A stretch of DNA of 64,000 nt from Gnetum montanum (Eukaryota; Plantae; Gnetophyta): contig MNCI01001065.1 in the NCBI GenBank assembly GCA_015680685.1, positions 366,602 to 430,601 on the forward strand, read 5' to 3'. This document shows, in pieces, positions 1 through 12,475 of this stretch (the stretch's first letter is position 1; every line of letters starts with the position of its first letter). The notes under the pieces are model-generated. The model saw only the letters and a program-made list of their open reading frames with translations. It was not told the DNA's origin and did no database searches. The position numbers were made by a program, and so were the translations under genes.

Positions 1-2919
1 CTGCTAGGTGTTCTCGTGTGTGGCATGGAGGTGGGGCTGGTCTTGGAGCCTCGGGCTACCCTGGGATTCTTACCACATATGGAGCTGGGCGGAGTTGTGG
101 TTGGACAGTCGGATGTGATTGGTCAGAAGGCCGGCCAGGTACCCTAATGATGTAGGGGTTGGGTTTGCCTTGCGTTTGTGAGGTGGAGGCTTGGTAATCA
201 TTAGGACTTTCGGGTATCCTAACGACATACGAGATTGGTTTTGGCGGAGGTTGTACTTTCGCTGTTGCGACAGCTGGTGGTACTTGGACTACGAAAGGAG
301 CAGGCCGAGTAGAAGGGGTTGGTGCATTTGAGGGAATGACGGGAGGGAAATGCACCACGTATGGTTTGTCACGTGTCATGGTGTTAGATGTGGGTACGAC
401 CAAGGGTACTCGGACTACGTATGGCTACTGGGGGGCACGTGGTGGTTGAGGTGTGGGCGTGGACACAGCGGGAGGAATCTGAACTATGAACGACCTATTA
501 GGTGTTTCCTGTTTATATTGGGGATAGACAGTGTTAATGTTGGGTGTATCAGAATCATCATCAAGGTAGATTGTATTGATGACGTACGACGCCTCTTTGG
601 TGTTCAGGGGGTCTTTATACATCCCCATAGCTTGATTCTGTGGTTGGACCAGGTTGGCCTCATCAAAAGTGATTTGGCCTTCATCGATCATTCGTTGAAT
701 ATCCTGCTTCAAGGTGAAACAGTAATCCGTACCATGCCCGTTTCGTTGATGGTAGTCGCAAAAGCGGTCCATTCTAAAGCCTTTGGGTACGGGAGGCTCA
801 TTCGACATTGCTAAGCTTGGGTTCTGAACGAGTTGACAGAATCGGTCATGTCTCTGGATGGCCGCAGGGGATAACTGTTTATGTTTCATCAACCCAGCTT
901 TCAAGAGTTAATCAAAGAGTTGGGAGGGCTTCATTGGCAAAGGCGTATATTGAGAGGGTTCTTTCCTCTCGAAATTTCGCGTACGGTTTGTTGTTGGGTT
1001 TTGCGATGATGATGATTCCGGCGTGGTTGTGGAAATTGGTTTATTGTAGTTAGTAGGGGTTGCGGGCGGTTTATTTTGGTATGTCATGTTTGCTTGTTGC
1101 ACGCCTGCTATTGCTGCTATGGTTGTCTTAGGCTTCTATTTATCTTTTTTAGTGTGTTGATTTTTGAAGGCTAAGTATGCAGGGTTGTGGCTGTTTTGAG
1201 CCGCCTCTTCTATATTTTTGATTTGTACAAAAGCCTGGTTAAGATTACGTGCGTTAAGGTAGTACAGCTTAGATTTAAAGAAATCGTTAACAGCACCCTT
1301 TAGAATTGTGAGCAAGTATGTCTGGGAGATCGGCTCGTGCAACTCGTTGAGAGCGGCGCTCCACCTCTGAATAAATTTCTGTACAGGTTCAAGCAGTGCT
1401 TGCTTAACTTGTATGAGGCTATCTAGTGTGGCCTTAGGTTTCAAGTTGTACTTGAACCTGGTCACAAATTGGTGTAATAAGTCTTCCAAGGAGAAGATGA
1501 AATTCCTTGGTAGAGCCCGATACCAATCAAGTGCTCTCCCCGTGAGGGACATGAGGAACACTCAGAGAATGGCATGGGGCCATGCCTGGAGTAGCGCGCA
1601 TTCTAACCTAAATGTTATTAAGTGAGCGTTGGGGTCTGTCTCCCCGTTGTATTTGGTTAGTGTTGGTAAGGAAACGCCTTTGGGCAAGGTTAAGGGTGGG
1701 ACAAAAGAGCTGATGGGGTCATCGTGGTAGAAGTCCACTACCTTCAACTCCCTGTCGACGGTTGTTTTGAGGCGTTTTACCTTGTCAATTAATTCTTGCA
1801 TCAATTTTTTGGAATCTACCCAGTCTTGAGCGCTCGGTGAAGCAACGAGCTGGGGGTGTGGGGCCGTATACAAGTTAGACTATTGAGTCGTGGGTTGAAA
1901 GGCTGAAAGCTGCGCGGTCAACGGTTGTGTTTGTGGAAGGTGAACAACATGTGGTGCTAAGGATGATACATTATATACGAGGGGTTGTTGCTGCTACGGT
2001 TGTGGTTGTATTTGGGGAATGTTAACATGTGAAAATGTGTGAAATGACACATTGTGTGAGAGGGTTAGTGTGACGGCACACCCATCACTGGCCATTGCCC
2101 AGCTGCGTTGTGTGTAGGGACCCCTTGTTGGGTTACGACGGTTGAGGGGGTTGTGTGCGTTTAAATGTGAGGGATGTAGTGAGCGGACGTGGAGGCTGGT
2201 ATTACGTGTGGCATCCCTATCACTCAAGGTGGGAATGTCACTCCCATGCTATCGTGAGGGGGCGGTGCTTGTGAGGACGAGCCTGCAGCTGCAGCGGGGA
2301 TGATTGCGAGAGGGAAGGTGTTAGGTTGGGGGTCACTCGGGGGAGGAATATGCACTAGTGCTGATGTTTTTGGTGGTGGTGCTTAGGCCTGGGTGAACCT
2401 GAGATGCTGGAGGGGCATGATTTCCCCTATACTGAGATGAAAAATGGGGTTAACATGTGCTTGCGGGCTCAGAGTGTGGTAAGAATCCTCTTGTTCAGAT
2501 TGAGCAGCGAATTCGTCCTCTTCCTCTAGTTGGGGCTCTAGCGCAGGTTGATCTAACGAGTGGCTCCTTTGCAGGAGGAGCTATGTGACAAGCTCCAAAT
2601 ACTGCTCCGGAATAAGGATTACGTCATACAGGGAAGGGATGAACTTGCGTCCCCCCTTGTAAAAGAGTTCGAATTGCCTCTTTACCTCCATTTCGGCTTG
2701 GTCTACAACCAGGCCAGCTTGTATCTTAATACATAAGAAATTATACTGATCCTGGGTTATAATGTTAGAGGCCGGGTCTCTCCCTTGCAACCCTAGGGAC
2801 CGATGGGGCCCCACTGTGGGTTGTACTCCTGGGTGTTGCGTGACAGGTTGTTGGACCGCTGTGATGTTCATAATGTTGGTGACTTGAGTAGTGGCGGCGG
2901 TGGTGTTTACGGGATTCAT
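1..2919 (-). pseudogene. gag: Element A gag with premature stops (capsid region LTKYNGETDPNAHL/ALDWYRAL, C-x2-H-x4-H-x4-C knuckle FCDYHQRNGHGTDYC, Pro-rich linker)
   Basis: ORF fragments 2581-2919, 1562-1873, 1136-1561, 908-1102, 425-904 and 56-403 on the minus strand. Confidence 0.9.
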
Positions 2920-2979
2920 GATGATTGGTTGAGGATATACGACACAGTCTAGAAATGTGAAATTAATGTACTGTGCAGG

Positions 2980-3505
2980 GTACAGCGTATACGCTTCAGC
3001 TAACAGCGTATAATAACAGCGTATACAGCGTATATGTATGTAGCGTATATGGTCGGCGTAGATGAGTCTACGGCGTAAGTGGTTTAGCGTTTACGCTAGA
3101 AAGCGTGTACAGCGTTAGGGCACAGTGTAAAAGGGTGCAGCGTAAGAACATGATACAGCGTAAAACAAATCTAGGGCATAAAGAATAGCAGGGACAAAAT
3201 TGGCGTACAACATAGATGAGGTCTACGACGTAAAAGGGTATAGCGTCAACAAGTTTATGGCGTAAAATATGCAACGTAAAATTTATGTAGGGCGTAAGGA
3301 AAGTCTGCAGCATGAAACATGATGGATGGTTACCAGCGTAAACGCTGGGGATGTTGCAGGGAAAACTATAACAGACACGGCGTAAAGACTGATCAGCGTA
3401 TACGCTGGACAGTTTGCGGACGGAGTAGCGTAAACGCTGGAATGCATTTAAATTAGCAGGAATGATTGTGGTTGGCGGCGTAAATGCTCAACAGCGTAAA
3501 CGCTA
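2980..3505. repeat. Degenerate short-motif array (CAGCGTA/TACGCTG) in the leader of element A; same motif clustered in its LTR at about 4245-4530
   Basis: Dense recurrence of (c/t)agcgta and ggcgta. Confidence 0.8.
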
Positions 3506-3534
3506 GGAAGCTTGCAAGTAAGTTTCAGGTAGAG

Positions 3535-3552
3535 GCCCTCCTTCTAGCACCA
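3535..3552 (-). promoter_or_regulatory. Primer binding site, tRNA-Asn type (TGGTGCTAGAAGGAGGGC)
   Basis: 5 nt inside the LTR end; complementary to the plant cytosolic tRNA-Asn 3' end (...CCUCCUUCUAGCG-CCA, recalled) with one C>T change. Confidence 0.85.
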
Positions 3553-3557
3553 ATTTC

Positions 3558-4667
3558 TGTACCGCTTGAAATCGTTGGTCTCCGGCTGGAAAGAAATAGT
3601 GACCGTGGGATCGTAGGACACACACAGAAGACCCTGCCTTCGCCTGAGGGCGGGCTGGAATGCACGAAGGCAGAGTACCTTGGGTGGTTCGCACGCGGAT
3701 CAGACAAGGATTTCCCCGAACGTACACCGAAGTGCTATACGTTGGGTTATATGTAAACGATGTGAAGGGCGTGAACAGAGTGTAAAAAATGTAAACGATG
3801 CAAACAGAGCGTAAACGTAAACAGACGTAAACAACGTACGTATAAGAATTAATGTAAACTATAAACGATTGTGGGAAGAAAATGTAACAATGGCATTACA
3901 GAATGAAAGTACAATGCACTGGTCAAACGCAGTTGTGAGTGGAACACAAGGCAGACGAAAGCCCCGGTGGATGCAAGGACGATGGTGACTGGATCACACT
4001 GTAAGCGCAGCGTAGAGACTGTGTGCTCAGCGTACAGGGTTTTCTAGCGTAAGAAGTTTTTGTGCTCTGGTTCTCAGCATAATTGCTCTTTGGTATGATT
4101 TTGGATTTTTGCCAGCCGACCATGGATCAAGTGGAAAGTTGGGGCTTTTATATCAGTTGTTATGCTAGACCCAGGTTAGGAGACACGTGGCGCGTTGACC
4201 GGGTGGATAAAATTTACAAATATATAATATATTACATCTGTTGGGCGTATACGCTGTAACAGGCCGACGTATACGCCCAGCGTATACGCTGGATGTGCTG
4301 GAGGTATGCGAACTTAGGTGGAGATGCAGTGGACGCTGGATGTATATGCTGGTCGTGTACGCTGATGGTTGCTGACTTGCTTCAATCCTTGCTCTTCAGT
4401 TTTGTTCTGATGTTGTCTTTGGAGATTTCATGCCGGACGTATGTATCTGTTGTATCCGCTGAGCGTACATGTGAGGTGTGTATGCTAGGCATGTATGCTA
4501 GACATATATGCTGGGCGTATACACTGGAACTGCGTGCTTAGAAAAATTAAGCCTATGATCTCTGAACTTGCCATGTTTGACACCAAATGGCGTTGTGGTC
4601 GCCTGTGGGCCTTGGGGACCCGCTTCTTGTTGGACAAGTACCAAGCTCGAAATTTTGTGGTGTTTCA
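3558..4667 (-). repeat. 5' LTR of element A (1110 bp)
   Basis: TG...CA termini; G-box CACGTG near 4184 and TATA-like element near 4147; U5 similar to the U5 of the B LTR. Confidence 0.88.
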
Positions 4668-7600
4668 CCTACACCATCGCAACCCGCGATTACATCAACA
4701 ATGGGTAGCTATGTCATGCCCTCGGCGTATTAATGCCCCTATTTCCCTTTTTCATTCTCAGCCACTATTCCTCTGCAAACTGTTCATCAATCCATTCCTA
4801 CATCCCATCACGTACTGATCACAGCTATCCTGCCACACTTTCATACGGTACCTACTTCGTAGTCCCATGCAGCTTCCACCTCCATTCCTTCATTTACACC
4901 TATTCCACCGTCAGTGGCGGGCCCAGGCCCATCCACATGGTAGACCCCATTCACCTCTCCTCTTGCTACGTTACCATCGTAGATGTTTCACGTTCGCCAT
5001 CAGACCTGCCAAGCCTTGTAAACCATACAATCCAACACGGGGTTATGGTTTGTTCCACCGGCCACACAAATGGCCTACCCTATAGCGCAACGCTCAGCTG
5101 TTGCTGCAACAGCACCGCCTATTGGTTGGTGGATGCCACAAGTAACACAGTTCATAGGGGCCATCCCAATGGCACCGCTGATGGGTCACGCTGCTGCCCT
5201 TGCCACTCCACAGATGGGAGCTATCCCTACGGTTCCCCAATTATCTACATCATCCTCAGGTCTGGATCAAGCGTTCCAGCTTATCAAGATCCTTATTGAG
5301 GAAATAAAATGCCACAAGGCTGTCGGGTCTAACACGATACAAATCATGGACCTCTACTAGGACAATCCCATCAACCCGACAGTCCCTGCATTAACGTTAC
5401 CCCCAAGGATGTCACTCCCCCATTTCACGAAATACAATGGGGAGGGAGATCCCAATGCACATATTGTTACATTTAGGTCTGAGTCCCTTCTGCTTCATCA
5501 ATGGCGGCATACGATCATCTATGTCTTTGCCATGTTTCAAGCCCTGGATTGGTATTGCACCCTTCCACGCTCCTCCATATTAACCCTAGAGGAGCTTCTG
5601 AACCCAGTTCATGACACGCTTCAAGTACAACTTGAGACTAGAGGTCATGTTGGATCAGTTGATGAGTGTAAAACAAGATCCACTGGAACTAGTCCAGAAG
5701 TTCATCCAATGCTGGAGTGCAACCCTTAACAAAATCCGCGAGCCCATCGTGGAGGCCCATTTGCTGACCGTCTTCAAGGGTGCAGTAAACGACTTTATTA
5801 AGTCTAAGCTGTATTATCTCACTTTGCGCACTCTTAGTCAGGCTTTTTCCCAGACTAAGAGCATACAGGATGCGGCTGAAGTGAGCAAATACCCAGCCTA
5901 CGTTGCATACAAGAACACCTTCACGAAGAAGGACAAGGGTAAGGCTACAACAACCATAGTGGCCACTGTGGTGAATGAGGCCAAACCCAAACCTAATAAC
6001 AACAGTAACAAGAACAACAAGAATCTGGCCACACCTGCAGCTAACCCCACACCAAAATAGGGTAACACACTTCAACCTCCCCCATCCACACCTAAGACAT
6101 GTGCATCACCTAAACTAAACTTTGAGCGTAAAGGTTGCTCAAAGTATACCCCGTTGCCCGTCAAACCTTCAGATCTTTTGAAGCAACTACTGGTGACAGG
6201 GTACATCCAACACAAGAGGATGTCGGAGGATGGAGCCAAGAAGCATCAGTAGTACTATGAACTCCTCAGGAACCCCTTGTTGGCTTTGTCCAACAAGCCC
6301 CCAGTTCCTAAGGGTTTCAAGCTAGAGCGGTTTTGTGACTACTGCCAATAGTATGGTCACGACACAGATTATTGCATGGTGTTGAAGGATGACATCCAAA
6401 GGATGATTGATAAGGGAAACCTGGTGCTAGACAAAAGCAATCTAGTATGTCCTGAGAATCAATCCCTGCACGTCTACACTGACCCTCTCAACACCAACAA
6501 CGTCGTTTACATTATCAACACCATCGACGTTAATAGTAATCCTAGACCACCCCAGTAGCTGTTTGTGGTTCGTGTGCCTCAATGTAGTGCAACAGCACCA
6601 CCAGCAGCTAATCAAAGTCCGCGGTAACATTTTGTCCTGAGAGTCCCTTCCCAGGCATCCACCCTTGTACAATCTATTCCTCGGGCATCTGTCCCTACAC
6701 CACCTATTAGCAGAACTGCATGACCGCCTCGCACATTAACACTATTAGCTCCATTTGTTATCAGGGGGCCAAGCCATTCAACAACCCTCGCCCCACATAA
6801 GACAGCTTTATAGCCTTCTCGTCCTAAGAAATGAGAAGTGCGCTTCACTGGTGAGATGTCAAGAGAAGATACTGCCCCAGGTACCTCCAAGCCTATGCTC
6901 TCACCCCCTGCATCTACATCCTCGTTGCCAAAAAATGACATTGCTGCTCATGCACAGTCTTCCCCACCTTGCCCAAGAGGGCCTGAACCCAAACCCGAAA
7001 CTGTCCCTCCTCAGGAAATTCGTCTTTTGGGACGAATAGAAGAGGAGAAAGGCAGTAAACCAAAAGGTGGCCAAGACCTTTTGGGTGCCCTCTCCCAGGT
7101 CAAGCAGGATCTGAAACAGAAAAACACCACGCTGAGCCTCTACGACATAATCATGACATCTACCGCACATCGTGAGGCTTTGGTTCACATGTTAATGGTA
7201 ATCCCTGTCGACGAGAACATGCTAGCAGAAGAGAAGGCGATCAATTTGGCCATGTTTCCTTTTGCGCTTATAGAACCAAAGCCATCCTAATTGACTTTTT
7301 GCGATGATTCCATTAGGGAAGACCCTGAAAAGGGTTAGGTGACTACAATGCCTCTATTTATCACAATTCGGTTTGGTCAACATAAGATCCAAAGGGTACA
7401 CATCGATGATGGGGCTACTACTAACGTCATCCCTTTCCCTATTGTGGACAAGTTTGGTTTGGTCGACCAGATTAAACCCACAACGATGTCATGCTTAAAG
7501 TCATTCAATGGGGCACGAGTTGTGGTAAAAGGCACAATCCATATTAACTTCGTGGCAAGGGACTAGTTCCCCACAAATGCAATGTTCATCGTGGTTGAAG

Positions 7601-7992
7601 AGATGCTCGGGTTTAACCTGATTTTGGGAAGGTGATGGTTAGCACAACTTAGGGTTGTCTCTTTGCCCATTCATCAGGAGATCCATCTACCCTATGCAGG
7701 TAGGGAGGTGGTAATCCATGGCGACGAAGTAGCAACATAGGCTATCAATAATGTAGATATGGAACAGGGCTCAAAGGTCGTAACCTCTGAGAATGAAGCA
7801 CCTGTCTCTATAGATGCTAACCGTTTGACAAGAGAACCGACTTAGCATGCTGGTTCAGAAAATGGAAACATGTGGACTGAGTTGCCCTTCCAAGTAGAGG
7901 ACAATGACGTAGATGAAGGTCGTAGCAAAGTGGCTTGGCCTTACGCCTCACCTAATCCACGATGGATCAAGAAGCAGTTGTGCCTAGCATAG
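4668..7992 (+). pseudogene. gag: Element D gag-protease with stops and frameshifts
   Basis: HFTKYNGEGDPNAHI, ALDWY, MTRFKYNL; aspartic protease motif RVHIDDGATTNVIP near 7390-7430. Confidence 0.9.
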
Positions 7993-8114
7993 CAACCCCA
8001 CTGCTTCTTGCCCAATTAGCATCCTTTGTACATTTACCACCTTTTTGTTTTGCATCCATCTTTCTACGCTAAGTATTAATTAATCATTTTCTAAATCATT
8101 AGTGTATCACTTAC

Positions 8115-8335
8115 CATGCCATGGCCCGAAATGGCCTAAAACTACTCTACTACGCCATGGCCCGAAATGGCCTAAAACTACGCTATCACATAATGGCCTG
8201 AAATGGCCTAAAACTACGCTACTATATGATGGTCCAAAATGGCCTAAAACTAGCAATGGCTCAAAATGGCCTAAAACTAGCGATGGCCTGAAATGGCCTA
8301 AAACTATATTATGGCTTGAAATGGCCTAAAACTAA
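8115..8335 (+). repeat. Array 1 of element D: repeats of ATGGCCCGAAATGGCCTAAAACTA in 27-36 bp units
   Basis: About seven copies visible; the peptide repeat GPKWPKT in ORF 8102-8329 is a by-product. Confidence 0.95.
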
Positions 8336-8456
8336 AACATCAAAAGCATAAAACCAATTTTCTTTCAAAATTTGCTTTCTTCATTAAAAGTCTTCACATT
8401 AAATTATGTTTGCAAAATTTTTACAAAAAATTCAAAATTTCAAAAATCCTATGCTG

Positions 8457-10207
8457 TCATGGGTTATCTTCATCTACATCATCTTCACCCACATCGTTTA
8501 CTCCTGCATCATTCCCATCTGCATCGCCTTCCTCTACATTGCCCTTGTTTGCCTCTTCATTTTCGCCCTCTACGGGCCTTGCATCTTCATCCGGAACCTG
8601 CATTGTAAAAGTGAAGTAGTTAGCTAGAGCAACACATGAAAGCTAGCATAAGCTTTTCCTATAACAAAATGTGACCAACCCGAGATGGCCCTACGTCCGT
8701 TTCGAAGGGTATGTGATCCAAACCAAGCCTGAGGCAATGCCAGACCTCCTACTCCGTGATATTTGCCCAATGCCTGTCGCTTAGTTTAATGTCTGCAGCA
8801 GCTTTCTCCTTTTCGACAGCTATCCATCTCGATGGGCCTGAAGAAAAGGAGGTGGTAGTGGTCTCACTTGTGGGAAGATCTACTTCCTTTTCAGGAGATT
8901 CAGTGACCTTTACCTACTCCATGAACTTGTTATAGCCCTTAGAAGCACCAATGACATTTACTAATGCTTTATAAGTAAACGCCTCTATAGAAGCATCCTT
9001 GTATTGTTTGCAGTAGGTGGCACATTCCAGTTTATACATGTGTTTATGGTTTTTCTAGGACTACCCCCACTCATAAAATCTAGCGCTGTTGTCTTTTCAA
9101 TCTTGGTTTTTCTAAGCCAACAAGTCCATCTACATTCACTGTTCTATTATTTCTCGGGTGGCTTCGTTGTTGTGCTGCACAACTGTCCAATACCTAGCAT
9201 AATCTATCACAGTCATGCGCCAACTGCCATCATTAGTATCATAGACTATGAGGAATTTGTTCCTTGATTTGAGGTCTCCCACTTCGGCACTCAGTTTAGG
9301 CTTCTCTTTCTCAGCTTTCTGGACCTGTTTCCATAGGACCTGATTGATGTGCCTACACTCCCACAAGGAGCATGCCAAGTGCAAAGCACATTTGCTAGCC
9401 TTTTCGTATATGCGACGAGGAACCTCAGTGACTTCGGGGTGGAATGTAGGCATGACATAAACCTTCAACACCTATGTCGGGTCCCATTTGAGTCGAGAGG
9501 CTGTAACCACACAAAGAGCGTATTAGTCACATTAGCATAGCAAGGTTAGCAAACTCAAGAACTCTAGCGTAGCATCACAAAAGAACCTAACGTAGGTACT
9601 TTACTTACCTACTGTAGGATTGACCTGTCTAAGATGACTGATCATGTCGTCGACGACCCCTTGCATGAATGTAAACTTGTTGGGGGTCTCGGCCCATGAC
9701 TCCATGCAAATTAGAGGGGGTCTTGAAAAATTAACAGTGGTGTCTGTCATGAAACCAAATGTGTCAGTAATGACCGAGGTGAACTATGATAAGGCTGCGA
9801 GTAAAGTAAATGACAGTGTGAGGACTCCTACCCAGTAAACCCTTAGGGGTGATAATGGGGGTATGGACCATTGACACATCATCGAATATATTGTCAAACT
9901 TACCAGCATCTAATTGTAGTTCCCCTCCTTTCTGACTCAAAACCATGGTAGCATCCTTGGTGTTCGCTCATTCCACCAATGCTGAACTACGTTCAGCAAA
10001 GGGATCTCCAATAGAAGTCCCTCCCAGGTTGATGCGAGCTTCTTCTTTATTTTTTGGTGCCTTCCCTTTTAAGGAACCAACATCCTTCTCATCCATAGGA
10101 GATGCCTCTTCGTCTCCATAAATGTCCTCCTCATCAGTAGGAGGATTTTCCTTGACAACAAGAACCCCTTCCTTAGTGACAGGAGCTCCTTCCCTCTTGA
10201 TTGGGGC
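8457..10207 (-). pseudogene. Element D antisense gene, 3' exons (coiled-coil exon and acidic terminal exon VPDEDARPVEGENEE…DEDNP*)
   Basis: GT-AG introns at 8598-8679 and 9501-9608 (GTAAGT…CTAAT…TTACAG); translation homologous to C 30361-32040. Confidence 0.8.
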
Positions 10208-11897
10208 TAAAACACCACTAATTTCAGCCTAGCACTTTGAAACAAGAACAACCCAGAGCCCTTTTGGCTTTTGGGAGGCAAAATTTGACCAAGGCATGGA
10301 ACTCACACCCAGCTTACTCGAGCCAGCTTGCTCACGCTGTCAAGCTAGCTTGCCCTCAGCGTGAGTAACTCCGAAAGCTTCAAAATCAAGTCAAAGATGG
10401 CCCAATTTGAAGGTGCAAACCATTGTCAAGGGCCATTGATGTCAACTCCAAGCTTCAGCATTCAGGGATTCAAATTTTAGCATCAAAAGGTGCAAATTTC
10501 CTCACTCACGCTAAGGTCACGCTGGCAGCGTGAGTGCAGCGTGAGCAACTTTCAGAGCCAAAAACTGAGTCGAAACAATCTAATTCCCAATGTCCAAGTC
10601 ATCCTTGGAGTTCATCATCGACAAAATTCAAGTTCCAGCATCTAGAATTCTAGATTTTAGTTCAAAATTGCAAGATTTTGTAGCTCACGCTGCACTAATG
10701 TTGGTAGTGTGAGTGTAGCGTGAGCTACCCAAAATGGTCCAAAACAGGATACATCAAACTCAATTTTTGATTTTCATATCATTCCTAAGGTTAGCCACAT
10801 AGTCAGACAACAGTTACACTCAAGAAATAAGCTTCAAAATCAAAATTTCGTGGAAAATGCATTATTCTGGCTCACTCACGCTGAGGTCACGTTGGCAGCA
10901 TGAGTGTAGTGTGAGTGCAGCGTGAGCATGTTGAGGACACGCCAAGGCAAAATCAACTCATGCTGGAAGTCTTGGATGCCTCAAATAGCCACAAAGCCAC
11001 CCAGATGAACATCCTGCAACAATCAATTCAGAGATTGAAAAGTTTCAAGTGAGCTAAAGTCAATTTCTCTTATTGTACATTATCATTTCATTGTAAATGT
11101 TCATCATTTGTTGGTTTTTCAAGCTCTTATGCTCTAAATTGTATGTGCTTCCATGAGCATAAGCTAGCTTGTGTAAGTCGACGCACGCTGTAAGATACAT
11201 TACACTTGGTCAAAAACATAGCTTGCCCACACACATCCAACTCACACACAGCTATCCATCAGACACGTGTCACTTGATCCATTTTCCTCTCAATTCTCAG
11301 TCGTTGGTTCCATTCACGAATTTCGCACTTGAGCGCACCCAAACCCTATAAATACCTTGTCAATTCACATAAATGGGGTTGGCAATTTTGAAGGTTGATA
11401 GCTTAGGAAACTCAGACTAGTAATCCTTGGGCACTTGGGCACACTTGACTCCTAGCATCCAAGCACTCCTAAAACACATCACATCACTCCGGGGCTTAGC
11501 GCTTGACTTGCCATCCACACTTGTAACTACACTTTGACCGGTGCACATCTTTTCTAAGCAATACAATACAATTCATTTTTGAAGGCCATTATATTGTTTA
11601 CTCTATTTACATTCAGTTTACATTTTGTCTGCTATACTGTTATGTATACGCTCTATTTGCATTTCGTACATTATTGTTTACATTTCGTACATCATTAGTT
11701 ACAATAACCCCAGCGCAAGCCATAGTTTATGTTTGGGGAAGTCCTTGGTTGATTTGTGTGCAGACCATGCAAGGCACTCTGCCTTCGTTTTCTTTTCTAG
11801 CTTGCCCTCATGCGAAGGTAGGGTCAGTTGTGTCTATCCAACCCTTTCGGTGTTTTTTTTCCCTTCCAGCCTTACACCGACGATTTAGGTTAGTACA
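10208..11897 (+). repeat. 5' LTR of element B (1690 bp)
   Basis: T(A)AAACACCAC…AGTACA; collinear with 21566-23270. Confidence 0.93.
11262..11354 (+). promoter_or_regulatory. LTR promoter: palindromic G-box/ABRE GACACGTGTC (11262-11271) and TATAAATA (11347-11354)
   Basis: Both motifs retained in the 3' LTR (about 22632 and 22717). Confidence 0.65.
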
Positions 11898-11903
11898 GTA
11901 AAT

Positions 11904-11921
11904 TAGTGCTAGAAGGAGGGC
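11904..11921 (+). promoter_or_regulatory. PBS of element B, tRNA-Asn type (TAGTGCTAGAAGGAGGGC)
   Basis: 6 nt after the LTR end; same sequence family as the A and C PBS. Confidence 0.85.
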
Positions 11922-12184
11922 CGCCTGCAAAAAATTCTTACGTTAATCAAGATTGCAAGCCTGCAAAACTATTACAGTGAGCACTTTAAACTCTACAACT
12001 CCACCATCAGAACCCAAAACAACGTACACACGCTTTTTAAACAAGCTATTTTGTTGACAGTCTACCAAGTATTGTTCCACCATCACCGCCGACCGTTCAC
12101 ATTGAGTTTCTTTCACCACTTGCCCAGTGTGTTACGCTATCTTATGCAAGTTCAGCTTGACTTACTCACTCTATCCCCTGATAC

Positions 12185-12445
12185 CTTACGCTGTCAACCT
12201 AGTCATGCTAGCTCACGCTGTCTAGTAGCTCACGCTGTTACTTAGTCACGCTGTCTAGTAGCTCACGCTGTTACTCAGTCACGCTGTAGTCAACTCACAC
12301 TGTTACTCAGTCACACTGCAGTTAACTCATGCTGTAGCTACTCACGCTGTTACTCAGTCACGCTGCAGTTAACTCACATTGCAACTACACATGCTATTAC
12401 TCAGTCACATTGCAGTTAACTCACGTTGTAGTTGCTCACGCTCAA
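12185..12445 (+). repeat. Tandem array of (C/G)TCACGCTG-containing ~16 bp units in the leader of B
   Basis: Repeated ctcacgctgttactcagtcacgctg; the same motif and its complement CAGCGTGAG recur in both B LTRs. Confidence 0.9.
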
Positions 12446-12475
12446 CTCATCCAGCCCAGTTTACTTACACTCACT

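Larger units (their letters stand above)
1..4667 (-). mobile_element. Element A: 5' part of a Tat-clade Ty3/gypsy LTR retrotransposon (5' LTR, PBS, leader, gag), inserted in opposite orientation into gag of element D; the rest lies left of the window
   Basis: On the minus strand the LTR starts TGAAACACCAC at 4667 and ends ...GGTACA at 3558; a PBS follows; gag fragments are homologous to those of B, C and D; D gag-like sequence starts at 4668. Confidence 0.9.

Noticed and set aside
2581-2583. TAG at the same gag position in A and B (about 12823) as a programmed read-through site
   Set aside because: C has CAG (Gln) there; CAG>TAG is the commonest decay mutation in this window
8102-8329. Repetitive GPKWPKT peptide ORF
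   Set aside because: Translation of the nucleotide array; related arrays in B and C do not keep a frame
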